Below the pieces are notes generated by a model. That model searched no databases, was not told the DNA's origin, and saw only the letters and a list, made by a program, of their open reading frames with translations. Below are positions 24,969 through 38,447 of a stretch of DNA of 64,000 nucleotides, in pieces. Each line of letters begins with the position of its first letter. Position 1 is the first letter of the stretch. The stretch comes from Eledone cirrhosa (taxonomy: Eukaryota), in assembly GCA_964016885.1 (NCBI GenBank), contig OZ024748.1, forward strand, positions 3,720,001 to 3,784,000, written 5' to 3'. The translations under genes were made by a program, and so were the position numbers.

Positions 24969-26860
24969 TATATACATACATACACACACACACACATATA
25001 TATTATATATATATAAATAATCAACTTATGAGGTATAGATTTAGATAAAAAATTTTAAAATAACAAAACTTATCTTGTAACATGAGTTACAATATACAAA
25101 CATTTGATTCCCTATCAATATGATTTTAATCATTTGCAGTCTGCACCTTCCAAAGTTCACTGTAATAGTTTTAAAATTTTTGAAGCAAGTCAAGGCCAAG
25201 AAACTTATTCAATTTTGCAATACCTTGGAAGAGAGGGGAGACTGACAACAAAGTTTTTGTCATCATTTATGGCTCGCTTTACTGAAGTATCAAGTGATGC
25301 ATGTGAGAGTACTTGGCTTGGCGTGCCTCAAACATATTTAGAGGGAGTTACTTGATTAATGTATCACTGATAAATTTCTATTGATATATTTTTTTGTAAA
25401 TCGTATTCATTATATTGATTGTGTTTAGATGTAATTGGAAAAGGTATCCAGCTATAGAAAGTATACCAAACAAAGTGTTGGGAGAACTCTTCAGGTGTGT
25501 CAAAGACATGGCAGCCTCCCTAGTGCTGGTGATCTACATGATAAACACACCCAGTACACTCTGTAAAATGGATGGTGATAGGAAGGGTATCTAGCCTTAG
25601 CAACCATGCCAAAACAAAGAGTGAAGAGGTCTCTTCAACTGTGTCAAAGACAATACAACTTTGCTCATGTTGGAGCTATGATAAAATCCCCTCTGTAAAC
25701 CACGGGAACTTACTTGAGATGTAAAGACCACTTTTGGTCACAAATCACTATGGATTTTGCACCTAGAAAGTTCCCCTCTGAGACACCGGCCTGCACTATG
25801 TGTTTTGTGGAAGACCAGCAGTCACCCTTGCATACCACTCTCCCCTTTCAATTTTCCAACAAAGCTCAAATAATACAATTCCTTTGTGACTTTGATTCTT
25901 TCGTATGGGAGTGAGAGTTTCACTCTCATGGATGACTCAGGCTGAAGAAGGCAAACTATCGAAATATTGATCGCTCTACTTTAAGTTTCTGGTCAAATCC
26001 ATACTCACAGCTATCGAGGCGGAACTGGCTACCCGCAGCAGTGAGCCCCACAAGGTTTAGTATCAAAAAGGTTTAAATAATTGATTATATATATAATTGT
26101 TTCTATATATATAATGATATTATAAGATGGCGATCTTACGTTATTCAAACTGCTGGGAGCAGACGACACTTAATAATTTAGGTACAAAGCCAGCAATTTT
26201 TTGTAGGGTGAAAGTGGTTTATATTGACTCCCCAGTACTTGACTGGTACTTTTTGGTAAATGTTTATATAAACACCCGTCTCGATTTCGGAGGGATGAAA
26301 GGCGAAGATGACTTTGGTGAGATTTGAACTCAAATCGTTGAACCCGAAAGAAAATACCACAAAACAAGTCTGACACTTGTGTCAATCCACCGACATGACC
26401 AACATGAATAATGATGACCCTGATAAGCAAATTGAAACAATATATATATATTTATCACAGCATGACTTAGAACCTCGTGACAGTATATAACTTAAAAGAT
26501 AAGTAAAATTATTATCTTATAACTTAAGTTACAACACAAGTACAAAGTTCAATTTAATATGCAATAGTTGTTTTTTTAAATAATTGTTATGTTTTAAATA
26601 ATTGTTAGTTTTAAGATTTACTTCCGGAGAGAATTGTTTGCATCGTAAATAATCCTCTTGTCTAAATTATAATAGACTTTTCAAGTGTCGTGAAATTGTC
26701 TTCCGTTTACAACTTCGTAAACAATGCAGTCACACAAGTAAGTAATATTATGTAGCAAATATTTCATATATTCTTCTTAAACATAATTTATATATTATTA
26801 TATCAACACAGTTTTTATATTTAAAAAAAGGGGGTGGGACGAGACATTCAACCATACATT

Positions 26861-27084
26861 AGGGGTGCTGGAGTTTCCCCTCCAATAATTTTTGAAACAG
26901 AAATTATTGTATCATATAAACCACCTACGTTCTGAATTCAAAACCTGCCTAAGTTCTCATCATTGTTGCAGGTTCATCTTACAGATTTATAAAGTGATGT
27001 TCCTAGTAAGGGTACTTGGTTATTCCAACATCCTATCCTCGCTATCTGCCTAAAGAATTACTAGAGGAAGGCTCCAGCACCCCT
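26861..27084. mobile_element. Putative MITE
   Basis: Terminal inverted repeat AGGGGTGCTGGAG...CTCCAGCACCCCT, extending imperfectly to about 30 bp. Confidence 0.5.
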
Positions 27085-27791
27085 TGTGGTGTGTGAGTCT
27101 TCTCCCCCCCCCTCTGTTTTCCCCAGAGATCGGTGTTATGTAGTTCTTGGGTGGGGGAACCACAGAAAACAAGGAATTTACGAAGGTTTTGAAGGCCATA
27201 TTTGTTCAAAACACATTAAACAATCACAGAAGAATAGCTTGGTACGGTTCAAAACTCGGTAAAGAAAAATAATTAATTCGTCAGGGGTAGAATTAATACG
27301 AAATAAGGAATTACATTTTAAGTAAACAAATCTGATGTGTTGTATGACTGCAGATAAACAGAACACTTAAATAATGGATAGACAAACTAGGTGGAAGAAA
27401 TTTAAGACATTTTATTTTGACTTAGACATATTTCAATAGGAAAGAGATGAAAACAACAACCCAAAACTCAAGCTTCAAAATTAATATATAGTGATGTGTC
27501 TAGATATTAGAATTTGAACACTGACTCGAGGAATTTACCTTTAAACTTTATCTAGAGAGATCTGATAAAAATATATATAAATTTAGGAACAGGTAATTTT
27601 AAGGAAAAACGTTCGAATATCACAACACTTTCACATGTATATCTATCTAGCAGTCTATGTATATATATTATTTGAGATAACGATCTCATACATAAATATA
27701 TGCATTCCGCTATAGCATCGAGTGCTCGTATTAGTGTCACCTCCAGTAATTAACAAAACATCTGAATAATCTATATATATATATATAAATA

Positions 27792-28414
27792 CGTGGTTTG
27801 TCCCCCAAAATAAGAGTACTGACGTTTTATTTAAATAAATATTAGACGGATATGAAATTACAAATTATCTCCTCCAAAATACGCCCCTTTAGAAGTCACA
27901 CAGTAGTTCGAACATTTTCCCCATTGATCGTAGTAGTACCAGAAGTTATTTTCTGCGTGTGACCCTTAATTCGTCGGTTACAATTTTTTGTATGTTTTCC
28001 ACTAATTTTTGTATGTTTTTCACTAATGTTTGTATGTTTTTCACTATTTTTTGTATGTTTTCCACATTTTCTTTGCATGTGCAAATGGTCTGTTAAAATT
28101 CTGTGAATTGCATTTTTATTCAAACCCGTTTCTTTTGCAATCATCCTAACACTTAATCGACGATCTTTCTCCATCATCGTTCGCACTACTTCCACATTTT
28201 GTTCCTTTGTTGACGAAATTGGTCTTCCAGAACGAGGTTCATCTTCCACATTTTCTCGACCCCCTTTGAAAGCTTTGTGCCACTTGAAAATCTTACTTCT
28301 TGATAGAGTGGCATCTCCATAAGCTTCTTTTAAAGAATTAAATGTTTCGGTCGCAGATTTATTGCGTTTCACACAAAATTTGATCGCGTGCCGTTGTTCG
28401 ATAATTTCCTGCAT
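27792..28414 (-). mobile_element. mariner transposase remnant (HTH DNA-binding region only, 172 aa ORF)
   Basis: EQRHAIKFCVK..SATETF..LKEAYGDATLSRSKIFKWHKAFKGGRENVEDEPRSGRP. One TIR-like end follows a TA at 27790; the second TIR was not found. Confidence 0.85.
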
Positions 28415-28731
28415 CGCAAACGTAAAAGAAGTTATAAATACGTCTGTACGGGTTTAAAGTATGGTAGGTTTACTATTGCGGAAGTTGCCGGAGTGGATAA
28501 AAATAATATCAGTAACTATCTGAGATCTAACACCGTTTAGACGGTTTGGTTTTTATACAGTAGGCGGATTAAACTTTCTTGGAATTATAAAATATACACC
28601 AGAAATATACTGTTATTAACCGTGCAACACGTTTTAAGTGCAAACTGCAGATGATAATAATACTGTAGTTATATAAACGAAAATCGTCGACAGTTTTATA
28701 AATATATATAACTGTACGCCTAATGTTGAAA

Positions 28732-31700
28732 ATGGCAACTATTCTGAGGTGAAGCGATTTTCTTTTCTTTTATATTTATTCATTATAGGTGTGAGATGGC
28801 TAGATAACTGGAATGAATTAGCGTTAATACAATTATACCTTTTTTATCCTTTCCTTTCGCGATGTTTAAGATCTTTCATCATCATCACATATCTTATTCC
28901 TGGATGCGTACATAATATCAAATTTTTTTTTTAAAAATAATTTACGGACTTTATTTCATACAACATTACAAATCGTTTGCAATTCCCTCAGAATGAAAAC
29001 ATAAACAACATATAAATAAATTTACAGTAGAATAACATAACAAATATGTTTTAAATATATACATAAATAACATTACAAATGCCTCGGTAACACTACAAAG
29101 GATGGTACAATAAAAGATATATTCTTCAATGCTACAATATTAAAGAAAATGTAAAGGAAGGGGGTGAACAACGGAGCCAACACCAGAGCAAAAGACAGCA
29201 ACGAGGGGTACTGGGCAACCTCTCTAAGTCAGCACACTCGCAGCGTTGCCTCGGGTGATGGCGAGGCTGATGCGCTGAAACAGTCAATCACCCTCGCGAG
29301 ATTCGCCAGTCACCTCTATTAGACGAGCCGCCAGTGAGGAAAGGAACCTCGCAGTCAGCGGCCCGACTCCCCCAAACGTCTCGAAAGCCACAGGCTGAAA
29401 AATATAGCTGGCCGACAGATCAGAGTATTTGAGGGTCTTACTCCGCTCGGCTGCAGAAGCTGTGGCTCTCGTCCTAACCGCAGCATCCAGGATGTGGGAA
29501 AGAGCAAAAGAGTCACTAACAGTGACGTCCCAACAAGGCACCTGCCTCTCGACCAGGGGCACAGGGTAAGACCGTCAGGTCTTTTGCCGTCACTTCTGAA
29601 CAACCCAGATGGTTCCAAGACTGAGGGGATATTCGCCAGGGCCAAAGCTCTCTCCAGAATGAGGTTTAGCTCCGTGTGACGCAAGAAAGACCGTGGTGGC
29701 CTGTAGAGTCGAGGAGTTTGCCGCATCGGCACCTCAAACCCCATGCAAACGTCGGCTCCCACTCTGAGGGCGAAGGAGACAAATTGAATTGGAACTAGGA
29801 ATCTTTACTTCTTAACTAAGCTACTAGTGCAATTAATCACTAGGCCATTGATGCAGTTTTATCTAAAATAGGGGTTAAATAGTCCGAAAAATCACAAGTC
29901 TGTCCTGTTTGTACTAGTCTGTCGAGAGTTGTTTCCCCTGTTTCACAGAAACACGTTAACGTGTTTTGTAACGATGTGCCTTGTCCCTTGATTTTGTTTC
30001 TCCATAACTTTCTTAATAATTAATATTTTTTAATGAAATTAAGCAGAGATACATTTTCTGTGATGAGATTACGATTATGGCGACGAAATCGTTTGACAAA
30101 AATATTTACAATGCTACATTCGTTAATGTTTTCATTTAGTGAATACTTTCGCTTTGTTTGTAGTAGGTTAAGTGTAAACATGAAAATACTTTCATCATTC
30201 CTTCGAATTTAATAAATTCCTTTTCACACCGATTGCCGTCGAAACTAAAGGTGTTCTAGGTCGCCAAAACGGAAGAACAGCTGCCTTCCTAAGGAAGGTA
30301 CCTCTTGGGGTGGAGTGGCTGCTACAGACGGTATTGATGGCCGATCTCCGTGGCAATGACATCGCTATTTTGTCTGCAGGACAGCAGCTGAGATATACCA
30401 CCCAGACTGGGGTGAGGTGGCTCTCGCTCCCTTCCTTATTCTGCTTCCCTGTACTTTTGGCTGTAGAAAATAGTTCTAATTACGGGGCATAATTAGCCCA
30501 GTGTGTTGGGGGAATGGGCAGCAGCACGTGTGGGCGGGGTGAGGTGTGTAGTAATTTTAAAATCTTTTTTTATTGCAAACAGATCATTTGATTGAATTAT
30601 GTCCAATAAAATATTATACCTGTTATTCTAATTACTCAATATCATTTTACAGATCCTCATTCGACCGTGGTATTCACACATTTTCTGTCCCTTCTCAGTT
30701 GTTCAAAACAAATCGTCAGAATTTATGTGAAAGGTTGAGGAAAGTCGAGAAAATTCCTGCTGATTCTTATGTCTTACTTCAGGGAGGAGAATCTGAAACA
30801 AGACACTGTTCTGACCATGAACCCCTCTTTAGACAGGTGAATCCTTTTACGCTTTTACTCTTTTATTGCTTTATTGGTTTCAGTCACTCGACTGCAGCCA
30901 TGCTGCAGCACTGCTTTAAAGGGACTTAGTCAACCACATCAACCTCAGCATTTATTTTCAAGTCTGTTAGTTATTTCAGCTAACTGCTAAGTTATGGGGT
31001 ATAAAGAATCAGTAAATGTAAAAACACACAAACACAAACACACACACACACTATAAAGGGTTAGTCTTTGTGCCACATTAAAATTCTTCCAGTACACTCT
31101 GTAAGGGGGTTGGCATTAAGAAGGCCATCCAGTTATAGAAATAAATATGGAACTTATGTAAACAAGATGTGGTTATTTAATTATGTCTCACCTTGGACTG
31201 TAAAACCCATTCCTGCATGGAGAACAGATATAAAATGATGATAGTTTTTTAAATTTTTTTTTATTATTCAGGAATCCTATTTTCATTGGACATTTGGAGT
31301 GGAAGAACCAGATTTTTTTGGTGCTATACATATTGATTCTGGCAAATCAATTCTTTTTCCATCCAAATTGGATCCAAGTTACTCAACATGGATGGGAAAG
31401 TAAGTCTTTCTAATTTGCTTTCTTTTTATAGATGATGTTTACCATATATACTCGTGTAAAAGTTGTAATGTCATATTTGTGGTTAGTCACACAGATCACA
31501 GGTGTGTTATGGTATAGTCAATTAGTGTTGCATTTTAATTTATTTAATTCAGTGTGACTTTTGGAAAAATGTTTAGTTTCAGGTAGTTTGGTATCAAAAG
31601 GATTAATTTTTTATATTTATAATAATAATAATGAAATTATTGTGTACAGTGCTCAGGTGCACAACAACTTGTCAAAGGTGCATGTATATCTAAAAACCTT

Positions 31701-34700
31701 CCATGATAATTCTTTTAGAACTTACCCACTCTACTACCCTAAGTATCGAGTACTCTGGTGTGTTATGGTACACCTGGTTCCTTACAACACTTCCTTTGTT
31801 TTATATATATATATAGATTTTAGTCTTCAAATTTATTATTATTACTATATATATATAGGTATGTATGTATGCATACACACACTCACACTAATATATATAT
31901 ATATGTATATATATACACACAGGTTGAAAGTTGAAGAAGAATTCAAAGAAAGATATGATGTTGATGAAGTTCTCTTCGGTGACAAGGTATTTCATCTTTC
32001 CTCTTGTATTTATTCCCTTTTAATATATAATTATATATATGAACTTGTTTTGCAAGGTTTTTTTTATATGAAATCATGTGTTGAAACAAATATTGTTATA
32101 TTTGGGGAGGGTCATACTGTTATAATATTTCCAGAAATAATAATAAAACAATGGGAGGAAACATAATAGTACCACTGATGATGGACTATATATCTATATT
32201 TTTAACCGTTGGTCAATCAATGATAAACATTGATTACCAGCTAAATTAACTCTAGGGATATAAAATATCCCTATAGTTAATTTATTATTATTATTAAATG
32301 TGGTGTTTTCTATTATTATATTTTATAGATATGTGATTTCTTTGAAGAGAAGAAACCATCCCTTTTATTAACATTGGTAAGTATCAAGAAGAATTCTCTC
32401 CTTCCATTTTATTTGTTTCATTCTAAACTCTCTTCTTATCTCTGCTCTCATTTCTGTAGAATTTCTGACCACTCAAGTTCGGCAGTTCTGTAGTTATTGA
32501 GTTCTATCTCTGCTCAAACACATAATTCTACTAGATCCAGTTAACTCTTTTATTACCATATTTCTAATTCCATTTAATCAATCATGTCCACTAAATTATT
32601 GATCTTGTTCAACTCCAGCATGGCCTCAATACAGACAGTGGAAATAAGAGCAGACCTGCAGCTTTTAAAGGCATCCATAAGTAGGTTTTATATTTTTTAT
32701 TAGCTTTTTGTTTTTCCTGTTACTTTTCTGACACAACTCAAATATAACTAAAATTATTTCCTCCAGTTCAGTTTTAAAGTTAATAATTTACTAATATTTT
32801 GGTTTTAGATTCGATGTGAATGATGAATTCCTTCACCCAGAGATTTCCGAATGGTACGTAAGCTGTATAATTATTTTCCTCATCTTCATCTATTATTTGT
32901 TTTACTGTCTTTTAACCCTTTACCATTTACATTACTCTATATTTACTATTATATTTTCATGGTAAAGGCTTTATCTCACATAATATCAAATCTATGAGAT
33001 TTTGATATTATTTATTTTGAGAACAATACTATAACATAAAGAGATGAGAGAATTCTGGCCAGATATGGCTGGTTTAAATGCTAAAGGGTTAATACCTTAC
33101 ACCTCATGTACCACAGCGTAGCTGAGTGGTTAAGAAGTTTGTTTAGAAATTATGAGGTCCCAGGTTTGATATTCAAATTATCTTGGACGGAAAAAAACAA
33201 AACAAAGATAAAGTTTTAAGATTGGCAGGTATGGAAAGATGTCCATATTATTAGGAGGCAATTGGAACTCTTGGGACACATAAACAGAATTGGCTTTTAC
33301 TTGCCACTTTATATATCATCATCATACATATATATATATATAAACACAGTTATCATCCCATGATGATATTTGTTTTTGAAATGCGCATAATAAAATACTT
33401 GGAACTCTTTTAACCATCTTTTGATCTTATATTATATATATATATATAAATATATATAGCGTCCAAAACGTTAAGACCATCTTCCTGTTATTTCAAGCGT
33501 TAACCTAATATATTCCTTCCATATGGTGTACCAATTGTGTTGTCATTTCTGTTTACCTTTTACATATATATATGTATATTATAATTGGTGTTACTTGCAG
33601 CCGTGTTTTCAAGAGTGACTTAGAATTGGATCTACTTCGTTACACTAATAAGGTATCAAGTGCTGCACATAGAGAGGTAGGTGGAAGTAATCTAACTATT
33701 CACCATCACTATCATCATCATCATCAACACCATCACTATCACATCACACCACCATTTATATATGAATTATCTTTTAAAATATTGTTTGTTTTGATGAAAT
33801 TTTCCAGGTAATGAGACAGGTTCGTCCAGGGATGTATGAATACCAATTGGAAAGGTAAATCATTTCTTCTTTCATTCTTTTACTGGTTTCAGTCATTAGA
33901 CTGTGACCATGGTGGAGCACTGCCTTGACCTCCCCTCTACCCTATACTTATTTTATCAATTACTTTTTACCAATTCTCCACCTTTGTTAATTAAAATACC
34001 TCACATTATTCAGGTAATTACTAATTGTAGGTATTTTCTTAATTTATCATGACACTTTCTACAAATATTTGTTATACAAAGTTTTCAGGAAATTTTCTTA
34101 TCTTTTTCAGCATATTCCGTCATTTTTGTTATTACTTTGGCGGAGGACGACACCTGGCTTACACCTGCATTTGTGGAAGGTATGTTTTCAAAAGATATTC
34201 TGATGCTATACATTCTTAAATACCAAAAGGTAGAAAGAAAAATTAGAATTTATTGAATAAACAAAATAGTCTGACTTGGAATTAAGACTTTTAGTTTTTT
34301 TAGATATTTTTTATGAAATCCTTACAGGATGTAATGAGTTGATTATGATTGTGAAATCATCATCATCATCATTTAACGTCCACCGTCCACACTAGCATCG
34401 GTGAGATGGGTTATCCCATTAGAGGCAGGTTGGGCCAGGTGACTATAGCCTGCTCATACAAAACTGTTTCTGGCTAAATTTACGGCGGGATACCCTTCCT
34501 AACGCCAACCACATTTACAGTGTGAAATATATATACAAATCCATAATCAGTGAATTTACCACCTGGCAGAGGTGTCTAAGGGTAACTGACCCAGTTTCCT
34601 CAACTATTATCTAGAGGTTGACTGTTATTACTGCAATTTGTAGCATTTGGGACTCTCACTTGTTCAAACTTTTAATAATATTTATTCTCATATTCATGTT

Positions 34701-37369
34701 ATATATGATATTTTATTATTTTTTGATTCAGTGGACATAATGGATCTATTTTACACTATGGCCATGCTGGAGCTCCAAATTCCAAAAGACTTCAAGATGG
34801 GGATATTTGGTAAGCAGAAGAATTTGTCTTCTTTTGATATTATCATCATCATCGTCATTTAATGTTAATTTTTCCCAGACGGGTTGTCCACGTTGACAGA
34901 CAAGTCTGGCCAAGATTGACCACACCACACCTTGCTCTGTTGGGACTGTGAATTTGGCTGGGGTTTTTACAGCTGGGTGCCCTTCCTAATACCAACCACA
35001 TTTATACCATTTAAATCTATACAGAAGAAATAAAATATTAACCCTTTAGTATTTACATTACTCTATATATACTATTGTATTTTTACAGTGAAGGCTTTAT
35101 CTCACATAATATTGAATCTATGAGCTTTTGATGTTATCTATTTTGAGAACAATACCTTAACATAACATAAGTATGAGGGGCAAGTTATGGCTGATTTGAG
35201 CAGAAAGAGGTGAGAGAATTCTGGCCGGTTATGGCCGTTTTAAATGCTAAAGGGTTACATGAAAGCAGAGTGTAACAGGATGCAGTTCCTTCCCTCTTAC
35301 GGGGGACAAAGCAATACTATGACAGGGTCACATTTAGTGTAGACTGGGTGCTTTTTGTTGAGATGTACATGACCACTTTACAGTGTGTTCTGGGCACTTT
35401 TTGACATGTCACCTACATGACCACTTTACATCTCTCTCACTCCCTCTCTTTCAGTTTACTAGACATGGAAATAGACTTAAAAAAAAAGCTATGACACACT
35501 CACCCCTCATCTCTCTTTCAGTTTACTAGACATGGGTTCAGAATATTGCTGTTACACATCTGACATCACCTGCTCTTTTCCTTCAAATGGTAAATTTACT
35601 GAAAAACAAAAGATTGTCTATGAAGCAGTTTTGAAGGCTTCTCAAGCAGTCTTTGCTGCAATGAAACCAGGTAAGTTACACAGGCTTCATGAGGAAGTTA
35701 ACTGCTTTGTAAAATGTGTTCGTGTAGGTGTCACGACTAAAGCACCTAATAATTGAAACGCATTAAAAGAATGAAGAAATATTTCAATTTTTTTTTTTTC
35801 TTTTTCTCTCTCTCTGTTATTTTCCCAACTGAGTGTATACTTGTCTCCACTAGGTGTGTCTTGGGTTGACATGCATAAACTAGCTGAAAGAACTCAACTG
35901 GAAGAACTGAAGAAAGCTGGTTTAATCCAAGGAGATGTAGAAGAAATGATGAAAGTTCATCTGGGAGCTGTATTTATGCCCCATGGTCTTGGTCATTTTA
36001 TGGGGGTTGACACTCACGATGTTGGTGGCTACAATGGGGTATGTTTCACAATTGAACCTTTTCTGTTCTTTAAGGTTTATTTTATTGTATGTGTGTATCC
36101 TTCTATCTAATAACAGAATCAGTTATATATAATAATAAAGATAATCATGAAAATTATAGTGTACAGTGCTCAGGTGCACTACAACTCACCAAAGGTGCAT
36201 GTATAGTACATAGAATAATGTAAAAATGTCCGGAAAGTGAACAGTGTTACCGAAGTCAACTTTGCCTTTTATCCTTCTGAGGGTTGATAAAATAAAGAAC
36301 CAGTAATGTACTGGGGTTGATATAATCAACATTCACCTCCCCCTCCAAAACTATTGGCCTTGTCTAAATTTGAACAACTTCTAGAACTTAATTTTGTTTA
36401 GACTGTTTTATTTTGTATTATTAATTTATTTATTTTTTAAACACTAGAGTGCTGAAAGATCAAGTGAACCAGGGCTGCGTTCTCTTCGAACTAATCGTAT
36501 TCTACAACCACGCATGGTCCTGACAATTGAACCAGGAATATATTTTATCAATGTGGTGAGTGTGACTTTAGTTATGACTCCCACCCAACAGTTAATAGAC
36601 CCAGGCTAGATCTCAAAGGTATTTCCCCCTCTACCCCCAAGCTGGTAATATGCCCAGACTGGATGTGGAATGTATCCTCCTCTCATCCAAGCCAGGTGTG
36701 ACATATCCCCAAGTTGATAATAAACTCAGGCCAGATGGGAAGTGCACCCCCCCCCCCCCCCCCCATATCTATTCTTACACAACGCATCTGGTAAATTTGA
36801 CTGAAAAATCTGTGCTGCCCTTGTTCCCTTGATGCTCTAGATATTTTGTTATTTTGCTTAAATGGTTAATCCAGCCCTAGATGAATATTGGTCAGTATAT
36901 CTCTCTTGATGTATCATTTGTTTTCTCTTTCAATCTTCTATATTTTAGCTCCTTGATGCTGCTCTTGCTGACCCAAATCAAGCCAAGTTCCTTGTTCCAT
37001 CTCTCATAGAGGAATACCGTAACACTGGTGGGGTATGTGATATACATTTATCTCTACTAACTTCTAGTGTATTTAGACTGAGGCTAGTCAGCAACCACCT
37101 TTCCATTAACAGTATAATAGCTTCGGCTTGTTGCAGTTCTTTTTTTTTTTTTTCTGAGTGTAAAAATACCAAATTAATTAATTTTACTCTTCCTTTTCTT
37201 TCCCCAACAGGTGAGGATTGAAGATGATGTGATTGTAACTGAAGATGGTGCTGAAATGATGACCAATGTTCCAAGAACTGTGGAAGAAATTGAAGATTTC
37301 TTCAGAAGTAGACAAGATCCAACACTGCCATTACCTTCTGAAATCCCAGCATTTCTTGGCAAACACTAA
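28732..37369 (+). CDS. PEPD: Xaa-Pro dipeptidase (prolidase, M24B), complete, 16 exons, 1503 nt / 500 aa
   Basis: Exons 28732-28748, 30653-30836, 31272-31399 ([13 protein letters not shown]), 31923-31986, 32329-32376, 32619-32680, 32809-32853, 33601-33676, 33808-33854, 34111-34179, 34732-34809 ([10 protein letters not shown]), 35522-35670 (LLDMG..SDIT), 35854-36038 ([17 protein letters not shown]), 36448-36555 (TIEPGIYF), 36949-37032, 37211-37369 (VRIEDD..stop). All five metal ligands (D,D,H,E,E) are present and phases are consistent. Exon 1 is the least certain exon. Confidence 0.95.
28925..29779 (-). mobile_element. 5'-truncated CRE-like non-LTR retrotransposon (restriction-like endonuclease region) in PEPD intron 1
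   Basis: [53 protein letters not shown]. Poly-T (minus-strand polyA) at 28925; CAAATT duplicated at 28919-28924 and 29780-29785. Confidence 0.88.
30220..30385 (+). mobile_element. Old CRE-like endonuclease C-terminal remnant
   Basis: [13 protein letters not shown] and [15 protein letters not shown] resemble [24 protein letters not shown] at 59678-60100. Confidence 0.55.
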
Positions 37370-38412
37370 TAATAAACAAAACAGAAAAACCCAACGTTCT
37401 TTAATTTTCATCCCTTTCTTTATATTCCAATGTTGACAAAACTACAAAGGAAAGAAAATGGATTGTTTAAGAAATACAACAAAAACTAAACAAATTACGA
37501 TACGATAGAATGAGAAAATGTAAAAGAATATTTCACTTGATTGAAATGAAGAATCTAAACAATTAAATGACATTGCTAAAACTAAAATAAATATTAACTA
37601 AAACAAAGATTCTGAATTATTTAGTTACTCTCCAAATAGTATATTCCCCCTAAACCTATTGTAAGGCACTAAGCTGTTATCTTAGAAACTTTGATATTTT
37701 TTATTGATTAACCTAAAATGTGAAACTGGAAAGGATTTTAAAAGTAAAAAATAGGTATACCTACAAATCAAAGGGCCAGCTTTGCTACATGAGCAAACAT
37801 TAACACAAAAATATTGTCATTTATAACTAATTCTTTTTATAATTCCTTCAAATCTATTTTTGAATTAATGTATAATAAATGTAATAAAAGACAAACATCT
37901 TTTTAAGATTCTGTTAATGTTTTTAATATTATCCTTATCTATATATATACACACACACACACATTTTCTTTATATGTTTGAGAAAATGTGTATCAAATGC
38001 TTACATACAAACACTCCACTCATTTTCTTAACTTATTCTTTGATACATTTAGACAGGAAATATGAAATGTATGGTTCATTATACAATGTCATTGAAAAGG
38101 TAAACTAGTTTTCTAGAAGCATTGAATTGTGGCTTTCTAAACAAGCTCACTGTATTTTCACGTGTTCGCCCTTGACAATGGTGTCACTGAAATCCAATTA
38201 TATAAATTTATGTACGTCTTGTTATATTTATATTTAATTTACAAATTAAGAATGTATAACCAGTTTAGACTTATAACATTTTACTCTATGAACGTTAATA
38301 TATATGTATATTATACACACACGTATATCATTTTACATCTGTTCCACAATATTATTCTATGTACTATACATGCACCTTTGAGTTGTAGTGCACCTGAATA
38401 CTACACAATTTC

Positions 38413-38447
<35 letters not shown>

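Noticed and set aside
25941-25975. CTGAAGA...GAAA hammerhead-like motif; similar partial motifs at about 32174, 10895-10950(-) and 57312
   Set aside because: Stems or the GAAA/cleavage triplet cannot be formed, and each is a single copy, so no consensus can be built.
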